Assembly (NCBI GenBank): GCA_965153285.1
Contig: OZ229114.1
Reading direction: 5' to 3' (one strand)
DNA length: 64,000 nucleotides
Source: Podarcis tiliguerta
Lineage: Eukaryota
In this document: positions 37,160 to 50,436 of the stretch, piece after piece
Layout: the number at the start of each line of letters is the position of its first letter
Numbering within the stretch: position 1 is the stretch's first letter
Position numbers and translations under genes: made by a program
Notes under the pieces: generated by a model
Told to the model about the DNA's origin: nothing
The model's input: only the letters and a program-made list of their open reading frames with translations
Databases searched by the model: none

Positions 37160-37396
37160 CAGTCGTACCTCGGAAGTCGAACAGAATCTGTTCCGGAAGT
37201 CCATTTGACTTTCAAAATGTTCGGGAACCAAGGCATGGCTTCCGATTGGCTGCAGGAAGCTCCTGCAGCCAGTCGGAAGCCGCAGAAGCCACGTCGGACA
37301 TTCGGGTTGAAAACCAGAATAGTCACTTCCGGGTTTGCAACATTTGGGAGCCAAAACGTTCGACTCACAAGGCGTTCGACTTCCGAGGTATGACTG
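37160..37396. mobile_element. Tc1/mariner-superfamily MITE
   Basis: 23-bp TIRs CAGTCGTACCTCGGAAGTCGAAC and GTTCGACTTCCGAGGTATGACTG; TA TSD; CpGs retained, so young. Confidence 0.9.
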
Positions 37397-37991
37397 TATG
37401 TGTTTATCTCTCTGCTTTACAAAACCCCTTTCTGACATTTATTTAGTATATTTTATCTATAGTCCGTCCATCCTCAGAGGATCTCTGGGCAGTGCAAATG
37501 GTGGTTCTCCCCATGCTATCTTCTGAACAACCCTGTGAGGTAGGTTAGTGTGAGACAATGACTGGCTGAAGCAGGCAGCTCTCCCAACCTAGGTGTGTTC
37601 ATTATAATGTGCTTCCTGAGAGTGCAGCTGTATACACAAGGCTCTCTGTTATAAGTTCATTATAACATGTGCAGAGAGCCTCACATGTGCAGCTGAATGT
37701 GCAGAGCTTGCTATGCATGCACACAGGTCTGGTGCCTGCCATGGCAGTGTTGCTCCCTCCTTACCTGCAGACATTGAGTTCCAGGTAACATTCTAAAAAG
37801 GGCAGAAGTTTAGGTCAGAATGGTGACAACAATATCTCCAAAGTCAAGGAGAGTGTTCCCTTGCCCTCCCACACTGGATGTGATCTGTTCCCTACTTTTT
37901 ACTCCTCACACCAGCTACCTTTGATGGAGTCATTCTTAATAACTCTGGGTTCTGGCACTTGCTGGTTGGCGCAGGCCCTTGGACAAAGCTA

Positions 37992-38246
37992 GAGAGCCAG
38001 TGTGGTGTAGTGGTTAAGAGCGGTAGACTCGTAATCTGGTGAACCAGGTTCACATCTCCCCTCCTCCACATGCAGCTGTTGGGTGACCTTGGGCTAGGCA
38101 CACTTCTCTGAAGTCTCTCAGCCCCACTCACCTCACAGAGTGTTTGTTGTGGGGGAGGAAGGGAAAGGAGAATGTTAGCCGCTTTGAGACTCCTTCGGGT
38201 AGTGATAAAGCGAGATATCAAATCCAAACTCTTCTTCTTCTCTTCT
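37992..38246 (+). mobile_element. tRNA-derived SINE, Squam3-like, full length
   Basis: GAGAGCCAGTGTGGTGTAGTGGTTAAG A-box head, GGTTC B-box-like motif, CTT tail; third copy of the family in the window. Confidence 0.9.
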
Positions 38247-39689
38247 AGAGACTGTACTTGTAGCTGTTAGCCCAGAGCAGACAGACAAAAAGGCAGCCAG
38301 CTGTAGAAAGGAGCTTCGGTCTAGATTGAGAAGACCAACAAACCTGAAGCATAGCAACCTTTAGTTTCTCTGTTTTGAAGTGAAAAATTATTGGGCTGAG
38401 AGCAGGTCTCCTGCAATGTGGTTTAGAGCAGTGGTTTCTACTTGAACTTAAGGACAAAATCACTGGTCAGAAAGATATCAACTAGCTTCTATAAGAAGGC
38501 CCAGGTGCATGTGGGTGGTTCTCTGTCTGGTGTCAAACACCACCAAAAACTGAACATAGTGTCTGAAGTCCTTGCTCCTCAGTCATGCCCTGAGCATAAA
38601 AGAGGCAACTCCAGACACTTGTCATATGCAGTGGCTTTTTTCTATTAGGGATTCTGGTAGTGGAGCGAGCACTTCAGAAGAGCAACCTCAGTTAAACAGA
38701 GCAGTAGCATTGTACGCAGAGAGTGACTCAGTCTCAATTGCCAAAATCAGAAGGAGAGGTGGAATCTTTTCGAGCAGTCAAGGGGAAGACAAGTTCATTG
38801 GCCAGATGGGGAAGTGCAAATGGCTTTTAAGCATCTGGTGTCACTAGGCAGGAGACAGGAACAGATGCAGAGTTTACTGGAGGCTTCTCTGTTCCCTGGA
38901 GAAATGCCAGAGGTGAGCAACTGAGGAAAGAGACATAGCTGTGAGACCCATTATATCTTATAGCATTTGTGTGTCTGGGCTCAACTGATGGCATCCCCAT
39001 TGCCTGTGGATGACTCCAGCTCTGAAACAAAAGCTAACCAGAGCATTAGTTTTCCTTGTGAAGATGTGTGAGATGAAGGAAGAACAAAGAGAGCTCTGGA
39101 AGGATGGTTTTAGGCTTCCTGGATGGGTTAACTCTGCCACTTTCTCATGATATGGACAGAGAGAGAGGGCCAAAGGAGAAGTGAAGCAGGAAATATGTGA
39201 ACAGGATCTCTTGAGGGGGTTTCAAAAGAAAAAAAGATCAAAGACGCTCTGCATGTTTGTTTTGGGGAGGGGACTGAAATCATGGTGCTCTAGAAGGGTT
39301 GTTTTTTCCCTTAAAAAATGCCCTCCCGGAACCATTTTGCTCATCAAAATGTGCTGAGGTGGAGAGAAAGGAACAGAACCTGTCATTTCCCATGCAGGGC
39401 AAAACATTCAAGGGTCCTAAGGGTCTTCTCTTCTTAGGGCCTCGTTGCCATAGGGACAGGGTCATTCAGTCCTCAGGAGACAAGGGTAGAGCTGCTGTTC
39501 TCTTAAACTAGGAGCAGGGAACCTCAGGCCCAGGAGTGAAAAGTGGCCCTCCAGGCATGTCTATCTGGCCCTTGGAACTCTCCTCAGGCCACACGCCTCA
39601 CAGGCCCTGCTTGACTCCTCAAGTGCTTTGACCTGGTTGAAGTATAATGTAAGAAGAGTCCCCTGGTCAGCCAGATGCCTGTGTGAAGC

Positions 39690-39960
39690 CCACAAGCAAG
39701 TAATGGAGCGCAGCAGCAGCACTCTGCCCACTTGCAGTTGCCAGCAAGTGGCTCAGAGGTATCTGACATCTGTTCCTGGAAGCAGAGCATAGCCCTCATG
39801 GCTAGTAGCCATTGATCGTCTTGTCCTCCATGACTTTGCCTAATCCTCTTTTAAAGCCACCTCTTGTGGGAGCAAGTTCCCTAGTACTGCAGGAAGAAGT
39901 TCTTTCTTTTATCTGCCCCAAATTTTCCAATGTTCAGCTTCAGCTGAGGTCTGTGAACTC
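39690..39960 (-). mobile_element. CR1 LINE 3' fragment (antisense); a short sense CR1 tail lies at ~34030-34118
   Basis: tagccattgatcgtcttgtcctccatgactttgcctaatcctcttttaaagcca is the reverse complement of the CR1 ORF2 end (GFKRGLxKxMEDK). Confidence 0.65.
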
Positions 39961-40714
39961 TGATTCTGCAAATGCCCACAAGGTCTGTATCCTTGAGCTC
40001 TGATAGTAACTCTTGCATGTGTGGATGGAGGCTAGGGAGGTTGTGTGTGTGTGTCTGTGTGTAGAAATTATTCTGCAAATGCAATTTCCTTCAGAGGCAC
40101 CAGTGCTCAGTGAGTTTGCAGAAGTGATCCTGGCGAGATGAATCTATGAACTGCATCCATTTTTGGAAAAAAATGGTTCACAATCTGCCGTCTTGAAAAT
40201 TCCTTGCATTTTGTGAATGATACTTGTTCAAACATTTCTGCAGTTACTTAATGGTAGGGAGATCAAGAAGACAACCAAATCTGATATAATCTTGCTTAAT
40301 CTACTTCCTGGAATGCAACCTCTCTTGGTAAGGGAGCAGGAACAATGGCTTTTGTTAACACCTTTGGTTTAATCCCCGGGTTTGTTGGGGGAGAATGGCA
40401 GTGGGCTGTAAGGGAAGGGTAGTTATTTCAAAGCATGCCTCCCTTGTACAGCATAGGACAGCAATGTGTGTGTAAGAGAGAGAGAGAGATATTATCATGC
40501 TTGCTGTTCTTTGGAGACTGAAGACATAACATTGCCTCCCTCAGCACCAGGCAAATGGGAGCCATTGCGGTGCAGTGGTTAGAGTGTTGATCTAGAACCG
40601 GGAAGACCCAGGTTCAGAACTTCACAGCCATGAAGCTCATTGGAGATCTTGGGTCAGTCACTACCTCTGAAAACAAAGCATGTTCAGCTGCCTTGAATTA
40701 ATAAATAAATAGTG

Positions 40715-40716
<2 letters not shown>

Positions 40717-40766
<50 letters not shown>

Positions 40767-40950
40767 TATTATTATTTATTATTTGTACCCCGCCCATCTG
40801 GCTGGGTTTCCCCAGCCACTCTGGGCGGCTTCCATAGAAACCAAAAATACACTAAAATATCACACATTAAAAACTTCCCTGAACAGGGCTGCCTTAAGAT
40901 GTCTTCTGAATGTCAGGTAGTTGTTTATCGCTTTGACATCTGATGGGAGA
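40717..40950 (-). mobile_element. L2-clade LINE 3' end (same family, antisense) with (AAT)n
   Basis: Reverse complement of the 58577 element; minus strand reads LPSDVKAINNYLTFRRHLKAALFREVFNV*. Confidence 0.88.
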
Positions 40951-43900
40951 TCCTGAATCTCCTGAATCATGTTTAGTTTGGCCAATTCACATTTTAGAAA
41001 AGTTTGATGCTTAGTGACATGCCTGAGAGTTGGTGTGCTGGATGTTGGAATGTCTATAGTAAGGGCAGCCAATGTTGTGCCCTCCAGTTCCCATCATTCT
41101 TTATCGTTGACCATGCTTGCAGGGGTTGATGGGAGCTGGTGTCCAACAACATCTGGAAGGCATCACATTGTGTTTCCCTCATCTAGAGGATCAAATAAGC
41201 TTGTCCTAATGCACATTGATCAGTCCTCCAGAATTATCTGGGAGCCTTACCAGACCCCACACCCCCTATCATTGCACAGTTGTTGTGGAATCCAGACATC
41301 AAGTGCTTCTTTTCTGAGTATTCACTTATGAGTTTTCAAACCACAGTATCGGGATTCTTCTCTCCAGCCAATGCATCAATTTGTTGTAGTTAGTGTAGTG
41401 TGGAATCCTCCTACAGAAAGATTACCCTCCCAAGCATTATGGGGGAATGGATACTGTATAGCACTGTTGTGTTCTCATTTGTTGCTCAATCTGCTGTCCA
41501 GATGCTAGTGGCTGATGGGCCACTTTGAATCTTTTGCTATCTCTTCTTATGGCTCATTATCTTCAAACCCGATTTTTGGCTAGACACGCCTTCAAATTGA
41601 GCGCTATCCTCTGACAACCCTTTAAATAGTGGACTCTCTTGTGAAAAGTAGGACATATAACCACCCTTCCAATCATGGATAGTCCACCATAGTGTCTAAT
41701 TTAGCCCTGAAGTCAAAGAAAGGCTATAGGCAAGAACTTCATTGCCAGGAATGATATTGTAGAAGTGTACTTGATAATCCTTATTGTTCTCTGCCACATT
41801 TAAAGGATGACATGGACTGATACAAATGTTAGTCTTTTTACAGATCCTAATGTGGTTTCGGGAGTACTGTGAATGACATAAGGATATTAGACTACATTAT
41901 TCAGTTTGCAGAAAGCTGTACGTACAATGTAACCAGAGGAGTCTATGAAGCTTATTAATTGAAAAGATTATTATGCCACCATATAGCCAAAGAGTCGAAG
42001 GCAGATTACAAAAATTTAAGATGAAAAGAGCAACAATAGAAAGTATGCACACGAAAAGCTGCACAGTTATAATTCAGAGTTTAAAATAATCACGCTGGAA
42101 AAGCTTGAATTTGGGGGTTGAAGTTGGCTCCCTGTCACTCAGAGTGGTGACAATTTCTGTCACCTTTCTCCCTCTCCTGTAGTTATACACTCCACTTCAT
42201 CTTATTTTGCTCTATACTATTTTTCATACCTATCACTTCTGAATGATCTTTGCTTCGTTGCATATTAGGTGTAATGTTAGTCGCCGGGTTTGCAGGCCTT
42301 CCTCATTAATCATCCATGTCTTAGGGTGCATTTTAAATGGGTTTGGGTAACTGGAATATGCTAATTTCATGATTTATTTAAAGCGTGTATGCAAAGGTCT
42401 GTGCTGTGCTTATCACTGCTTGTCTCTATTTGAATGCAAGAGTTTGGGAGGACTTGCAGGAGAATTCAGAGCTGCCACAGTCGCCAGGGCTTGTCAGGTG
42501 CACAAATTCTAGCCAACATCAGTCTGACAGTAACTCCCCCTTTTTGTGCCCCAACTTCCCCTCTTTCTCAATTGCCAGAGTCATTAATTCAGTCACTTTA
42601 TACACCAGAGAGCATTGCAGTCGCAGTGGGAAAACCCGGTAGTAAAAGCTGTAGAGACTAGAAAGTCTTGCCTGCCTCCCATTATGGCTCTCACAGTTTG
42701 GTGCAGTTTTTGAGGCTTAATGTTTTATGGCAGAGCTGGAACAGTTTAATAACCTCATAAAACCTAATGGAGTGTTGTGTGCTCGTACTCAGTGGTTGCC
42801 AGTTACCATTTGCTTGCCCATTGTCACTTTGCAGCTAGTGAAGGTTGTGAATTTGGTAATATACAGGGGTGGGACGGTGGGACAAACTGTAACTAGGGAG
42901 ACTTCCCTGACAAGTGAGTGAACTGCGGGCAAAGGTGAGCCCCCTAAAACCAGCAACCCCCTTCTTGCAGTTTTTTCACTGCATCACATTCATTCCTTAC
43001 ACACGGTCATCCTTATTATCTTTGCTTTTTCTGTCTGGGGCTTAAATTCCTGTCCTGGATCATGAAGCCTTTGCTTCTGATATTAACCACAAACACTGCC
43101 TTATAGGGCTAATGGTCTTAATGCAAGAGCAAATGTTGTGAATATTGTTTTATTTGGGAGAAGCACGTTTTCACCCCCATCCTGCCTCATTTATTTCTCT
43201 CTCTCGGAAGAAATGCTTGCAGCGCTTCCTGATTACTCGATAATCAGGTAATTTTGCTGTGACTGCAACTGGTTTCTGTGCCACGTGCCCTTCTCTTATT
43301 TAAATGTTTTTTTTTTAAATGGCATTGAAAAGTTTTCAACTTGTCTACATTGGGGTTTATAAAGTGCCACGAATAGAAGGCTGTTCTGTAAATAAAACCA
43401 TTTATTGTTATTAATTATTAATATTCTGGATGATAGCAAATTGGGCTACATCAAAATCAGCTAGAAAGATGGCCTTGATGGTTAATTAGAGAGGAAGAAC
43501 CAGCCCCGTCATCAGAGAAAAATAATAATGAGGGAATTGATCCATGGGAAAATTCTCAGTGCCCTTTGGAGAGCTCATCTATATTTTAGGAAGCAGCTGA
43601 CTGGTTGCTGCTTTGGTATTCTTGAGAAATATCAAGAATAATGGTTGTTATAAGAAGACTTTCCTGAGTTATACACAAGGGTTTGATAGGGCTAGCAATG
43701 ATGCTGTCACTACAAAAAGCATTTTGAAATGGACTTACATATGCTAAAGGGCAAGTTCCTTTTACAGCCTGCAACCCCTTCTCATTCCCAATTTCCATTT
43801 GGAGCATGAAAGATTGAGCCAAGCCAGTGCCAGCGTATTGAGAGGTAGTTTTCTGAATCAGTTCAATTCTTTAAATTATCCTTGACTATATTTAGCCAGA

Positions 43901-44289
43901 ACTGTTGAATTTTCTTTTTCAAAAACGTTGCGGTTCTGCTGAATGTATCACCTCTCAGACTTCAGACACCCTTAATAGGATTGCCAGCTCTTGCCCAGGA
44001 GGCTACACTTCTTTCTTTAGTACCAGGTTTCACAGGCCACATTTAGGAAAAGGCGTCTTCTGCCACTATGCCTCGCCATTCCCTTCCCAGCTAATTCTGG
44101 GGCGAAAACAGTAGTCCTGCTCACAACAGCAAGCAGGGAGGACAATGGTATCCTGTAACATGGAGACAGAAGACAGCACACCCAAATCCTGCCTCTCTGA
44201 CCTGGAGATGTTAATATGTCATTAATCACAGTCTCCAGCTCAAGAGTTGCAGCCCTAAGGAGAACTGGCAAACCTACCAAGGATTAAAC

Positions 44290-44539
44290 CAGGGGTAGGC
44301 AACCTAAGGCCTGGGGGCCGGATGCAGCCCAATCGCCTTCTAAATCTGGACCACGGACAGTCCGGGAATCAGCGTGTTTTTACATGAGTAGAATGTGTCC
44401 TTTTATTTAAAACGCATCTCTGGGTTATTTGTCGGTTATAGGAATTCGTTCATTATTTTTTTCAAAATATAGTCCAGTGCACCACAAGGTCTGAGGGACA
44501 GTGGACTGGCCCATGGCTGAAAAAGTTTGCTGACCCCTG
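44290..44539. mobile_element. hAT (Charlie-like) MITE
   Basis: TIRs CAGGGGTAGGCAA and TTGCTGACCCCTG; 8-bp TSD gattaaac / tattaaac. Confidence 0.88.
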
Positions 44540-45827
44540 TATTAAACAAAATGCTTGTGTCATGGAAGTAGGCAAAAGTATGCAGACCACATTTTCAACT
44601 CTCAAAGACTGTATATATATATATATATATAAAATGTCACTACGTAATAGAGCTGGAAGCTGTTAGCAAAGATTCTACCACTGGTGACAGCAAAGTCTGA
44701 CATCCTTTTCTTCTATGGAGAAGTTGTTGTTTCGTTTCATAGCCAAAGACCAAATTGCCATGCTCTCGATGTGTCTCTGAGCTTCCTGAATCTCATTACA
44801 TGTTTTTTGAGAGAAGGCTTCCTCCACCCCCCTTCCTTTGCCCCCCCCCTTTGGTCAAGGCAGAGAATTCGTGATGTGGTAGAGGTATGACTTTGACAGA
44901 CTATAATTAATATCTGAGAGATTGATGGGGACCTGGAGGTGGAAGAACCACTGTTGAGTTAAATAGCCCTGTTGTTGTAACATCATTGCAAATAAGCTTT
45001 CACCTGCTGCTAACTCCCTTCCGTGTTCTCAAGGCCATAATTCAATGGAACAAAGAAGCTATGGGAGCCGCAGATCTAGGGCAGTCATGGGCACATACGA
45101 GCGACACAGAATTGTGAATGAGCTGGGGGGGGGACACTGGCCAGCTCAAGGGCAAACTGTGTCTTGTACGCAGGTTGGAGAGTCTGTCCCTTCTAATGGA
45201 TTTGATCTAAACAGAAACATCTGGTCTAAAGATATATGCCTGGAGCAGGGCAGGTACTATCTATTCATAACTGAAAATACTGTAACCTGTTCTGAGCTCA
45301 CAGAATATGGAGGAAGCCTAAAATATATCATTAATCCATCTACACTCTTTGCTGGTGGGGAGGAATAAGCCAGTGAATCCTCAGTCTATATCCCTCTTGT
45401 ATGCCTGTAGAGGTAATGATGTTTAAATGTATTGAGGTGCCTTCTATATAGAGAGGCAAATATATTTGATGTGCCTCTCATGCTACAGGCCTGGGAGACT
45501 CATCCACTCCAAGCATTTAATGCACTCTTACGTCACTTTAAGTCATGGCTTCCCTCAAAGAATCCTGGGAACTGGTTAAGGGTGCTGAGAGTTCCTAGGA
45601 GAACCTTAACTAACCCCAGTTCCCAGGATTCTTTGGGGAAAGCCACAATGGTTAAAATGGTACAAAAGTGCTTTACATGTTTGGTGTGGATGGGGACCCT
45701 CTTACTATGAAGATTTGTGTTGTTTTTGCAAGATGGTTATCCCAGTATACGATTGTATGTCCTTAGCATATCAGGAAGCCGGGAAATAGCTAATTAATCA
45801 TTGGCAAAATGTAATCTGTTGTCACTA

Positions 45828-46113
45828 GGGACGCAGGTGGCGCTGTGGGTTAAACCACAGAGCCAGGACTGGCCGATCAGAAGGTCGGCGATTCGAATCC
45901 CTGTGACGGGGTGAGCTCCCGTTGCTCAGTCCCAGCTCCTGCCAACCTAGCAGTTCAAAAGCACGTCAAAGTGCAAGTAGATAAATAGGTACTGCTCCGG
46001 CGGGAAGGTAAACGGTGTTTCCGTGCGCTGCTCTGGTTTCCCAGAAGCGGCTTAGTCATGCTGGCCACATGACCTGGAAGCTGGACCTAATGGTCAGGGG
46101 TCCCTTTACCTTT
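45828..46113 (+). mobile_element. Sauria SINE (Squam1-like), internally deleted
   Basis: GGGACGCAGGTGGCGCTGTGGGTTAAACC head, TTCGAATCC B box, CTTTACCTTT tail; 13-bp TSD taatctgttgtca (45812-45824 and 46114-46126). Confidence 0.9.
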
Positions 46114-47518
46114 TAATCTGTTGTCAAAGGTGTTCATTTTGACATTTCAGTGTGCAAAGAAAGTGACAAACAAAACATCCAGAGCTGTATTAAACCAGAT
46201 TGTTTCATTAGTGAAAACCAGCACAATGATGCAAGTGCAATTGGACCCTGCATCCCTATGTCATCCCCAAATCTGCTCTGGAGGGTCAGAAATGCTTTTA
46301 GTGACAGAATGCCTTAGCGTGCCTTAGTGTGACATTGAATACAACCCCCTCTCCCTTTTGAGCTGTAGGATGGGATGCTTCCCCCTTAGCGTGCTAAAAC
46401 TAAGGAGTTACGCTGCATTCACTTGGCATCCTTACTGAATTGACAATCAGGTGCTTTTCAGAGAAGTGCACTCTGACACCAGTAACTTAATAGTCACATT
46501 GAGATAGGAAACTGGAGCAGAGGGGTGGGGGTAGCCTGCACTGAGGGGGTAAAACAAAAAGATTCAGCTATACCAGGAAGCACTTGATTCCCTTCTAGCA
46601 CTGGCTGCCCCGAGCTGGGAGCCCCGAGCCAAAAGGTTGCGCTTTTGTAATTGAAAATGTAAATTTCTTAACGTTGCGGCTTATGATCTACTCTGGCATT
46701 TGTGTGTGTGTACATGACTATGCTTCTGCCTGCACACCTGCAGCTGAGTTCACATGTGGCACCCAAGACAATAGGCACATCTCCTAGATGGCCCCTAGAC
46801 ACCACAAGCAATATAAATGGTAATTTCCTGATGAAGTCATTTTGTTTGGAGTGGCTGGTTTACCCCAGAAAGCCCTTGAACACATGACCCTGATTTCTAA
46901 CTGCTATTCCTCCTTCCATATGTGATGGAGCATAGGGCTGTGCGTCGAGGCACCCACTGAGGCGCATAAACATTAGAACAGTTTCAACAGCTGCAACAAA
47001 CTCTCTCTCTCTCTCTTTCTGGCAGTTGTCTTGACTGCTGTGATGTTCTCTTGAATGGCCTTTTCGATTTCCCTGTCTCTGGAGGTTCTGAGCCTTTTAT
47101 TGGCACGGTTTAAATTTCTCTTCACAACATGCCAGCAAGCAGCAAAACACTGTTATTATGATCCTGTGCGCTCGAGGACAAGATTACCTTGGCAGTTTCC
47201 CCTGCCTTATAAATGTAGTGGGGCGGGGGGGGGGGGACGGGACGTTGACAACGCCGACGGTTAGCTAGATTTTTAACATGGCCTTAAAAACCATAGGCTG
47301 TTCTTTCCTTTGGTGATCTATGTTCCACTTGTATGTTTTCATCCTTAGCTAGATTGACAATATCCCTAAAAGAACTGGGAGTTCTTCCCCATTAAAAGCA
47401 AGAGGCAACAATTCAGTAGGTGTAGTTTTCCCCGCCAATGATGGGAGAAGTTGCACCTGTCTGACTTATCTTTTCCTCAGAACTCTTAAAGGAACAGAAG
47501 TCTTTCCTCTTTTGGAGC

Positions 47519-47656
47519 AGGGGTAGCTAACGGGGGTGTTTCCCAGATGTTGATGGACTACAACTCCCATCAGCCCCGATCACTGGCCATGCTGGCTATG
47601 GAAGATGGGAATTGTAGTCTAAAAACATCTGGAAGGCACCATGTTGACTATCCCTG
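47519..47656. mobile_element. Representative of an abundant ~130-bp palindromic hAT-like MITE family; other copies near 755, 9855, 10550, 10875, 11720, 15075, 27260, 41050, 52010, 54430
   Basis: Shared core CCAGATGTTG-GGACTACAACTCCCATCA...GATGGGA(A/G)TTGTAGTC-AACATCTGGA with CAGGG...CCCTG ends. Confidence 0.75.
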
Positions 47657-49970
47657 TTTTGCATACCTTTACCTTTAGCTGCTCCCTATTTCAGGAACTG
47701 AAAGGAAAGAGGGTTGTAAAATGCAAGTTTTTGCATCTTGCGCTCTATTTCTGTGGAGAACACCGAGCTCCAAATCATTCAGGTTGCTGAGCAGTTACAT
47801 TCCCATCAACTGTCCTGGAAAAAAATGGGACATCCCATATTTTCTCACGAGAGGACGGCAGCCATTTTGGCCGCCACGATTTTGCACAATTTTGGGCCAC
47901 ACTCTCGCCCTGAAAAGGTGCTTTTCGGGGCAGCGCTTTTGCATGGCACCCCAAAATGTGCATTTTTGGGTGCTGTGCCTAGGAAAAGTGGGTTTTTTTG
48001 GGGGGGGGTGATGTCATGTGGGTCATGTGACTTGCTCAGAAGTGCACTCCTGGAAGATGGTGTACCAGATTGGAGCCACTATGTATTGGTGGGTACGCGA
48101 TTAGCCTTTTAGCTGCCTCAGGTTCTTATTATGCCATGCATGTTTGTCATTGTAGTTTGCATAATTGCAGCAGGAATGAGTGTAGGTTTCAGCCTGACAC
48201 AAAAGGGCAGGGAGCAATGCTTGTTCACCCCATCCATTCAGGGTGGTCCTTCCTGATGTCTTGGAAACGTGCTTCCCCATTCCACCCGCACCAAGCAGTC
48301 TCGTAATGAAAGGAGGCCAGCAATCTTTGTGATCGAATGGATGCAATTAGCTGCCGTTTCAGCTGGACAATGAGGTCTCTCCGAGGGATGATGCTTGCTT
48401 GTTTCATGGGCGAAGCCATATCCATAGTCTTGACCCTACGCAAGCCAAGCATACAAATTATCCGTTTGTGGAACAGTCTGGCTGAGGTGGAATTGCAAAG
48501 AAATTGTCCCAGGACCATCCTATCAGTAGGCAGTGGGTTGAAGCTGAGAGTGGGAAGAAAAGCTGGTGCTGTGTATGTTTGCTCTGACGCATCCAAAACT
48601 CCACATTCATCACAGTTGGAAGGACAGAGAGTTGGCATTGCACACAAAGGCGCTTCCTCCAGCCATGGCAAGTAATTAGTGGTTCCCTGTGTGTCAGTCT
48701 CCTTTGCCACCACATTGGGCTAGAAAAGATATCTTTGAACACCCAGAACCCTAAATACATACCATATAGCCATCACTTCCACACTCTGCATTACACACCT
48801 ACAGTTTCACATGTTTAACGCTGTCTCAACACAGACTCTTTGTATATCCCAGATCCCATCTAAAATCTCTCCCTGGTCTATCCAGGCTCCGGTTTTCACT
48901 CCTGCTCAAACCAGTCAGGTTTTTCCTTTCCTCTCTTCTGTTGGTGAACCTTACCAGTCCTCCCACTGGCTACTTTTGGTTCTGATTTGGGGGCTCAATT
49001 AAAAAGGGGGGGGGAGGAAAGGGAGGGGAGTAGTTTGTTTCTCATCCTCAGTAATTGTAGAACGAAACTTGAAACAGAATAGTGTAGCACAGAGACCTGA
49101 AGGTCAGAGAGGGGCATCAATGCACTACAACTGGAGGCCATGGAGCTGGTTTTTCATACCAGTGAAGAGGCAAAGGATTGAGGAGGAATATATATCCCCC
49201 CCCCCCCGTTTTTTGCAGTGAAGCAGGCAGGGAAAAACGATGCTGTTGAAATGTCAGAATATAGACCTATCTCAAGTTTGTGAAATAGCTATTTTGTTTT
49301 TTATTCCATTTATTCCATTTTTTACCTGCCCTTCACCCCATGATTCCAGCATGGGTTACCGCGCTATAACATACCGGATTAAAATTAGTTAAAATAATTT
49401 ACAGTCAAAAGAATACGGTGGGTCCTGCCTGTCTGCCTATCTATGTGTATGTGTGCGTGCATGCATGTGAAAGGCTCACAACCCCCTGCTGCTCAATAGA
49501 TGAACTCTTGTGAAATATGGTGCTAACTATGTGGAAAGCATAGTAAGGTGTCCAGGACAGGTGAACTCTGTTTTGCTTGTGTGGAAATAGTACTTATGAG
49601 GCTAGCACTCTTGCGTTAGGGACTACGTATCTGGCACTGAGCTGGTCCTACCATTAGGTAAAGTGTGGCGACCACCTCAGGTGGAGGTAGTGAGTGGAGG
49701 AGAGAGCTCCTCATTGCGCACATAACCTGCCCTGCAGCCTCTAAGGTAGGTTGCTGCCCTCAGGTGCATTTGAGCATACTGTCCCATCACAAGTCTTGGA
49801 ATAAGATTCAACTGCTAGTCCAGTCATAGCCTCTACATGGCATGGCAGTGGGCAGGTGCCATTTTGTCCTCTGCCTCAGGCAGCGGAATGTGTTTTAACT
49901 GGTCCTGGCTGAAGCCTAGCACCATGTGTCTACTTCCTAACTTATAGTGTTTCTGTCCTTCACTTCACAG

Positions 49971-50042
49971 GGAGCTGAATGGGAACAACATCACCCGCAT
50001 CCACAAAAATGACTTTGCTGGACTGAAGCAGCTGCGAGTTCT
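49971..50042 (+). CDS. SLIT1: SLIT1 exon 2 (72 bp, one LRR)
   Basis: (L)[23 protein letters not shown](L); cag acceptor, gtgagt donor; phase 2-2. Confidence 0.97.
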
Positions 50043-50436
50043 GTGAGTGGCCTCTCCCTGCTGCCTCCAAAGTGATAATATCCTCATGTCTACACCCCTG
50101 TTATTACTGAAGCCAAGTGGGGCTGCTGTGTGTGTGTGTGTTCCCTTTAATTCAGAGGTGGGGACCTTTTCCATCCCAAGGACTGCATTTCTTTCTGGGC
50201 AACCTTCTGAGGGCCACATGCCAGTAGTGAGCAGGGCCAGGAGCAAAGGGGGCAAATGTATGCCTTTGTACAGTAACTTGCCTTCAACAAACACTCACAC
50301 ACCCTTCCCTATCCTGTGCACAGTCAGCCCAACAAAGAGGAACTCCCATCTGCTAGGATGCTGGGCTCCCTTTGTCCTCTTCCTCTTGTTTTTCCCTTCT
50401 GCTATCCCAGCTCTGATGCTCTTATTCCTTTTTCAG

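Noticed and set aside
48225-48713. 162-aa minus ORF with overlapping plus ORF
   Set aside because: No recognisable domain or splice structure; consistent with chance.
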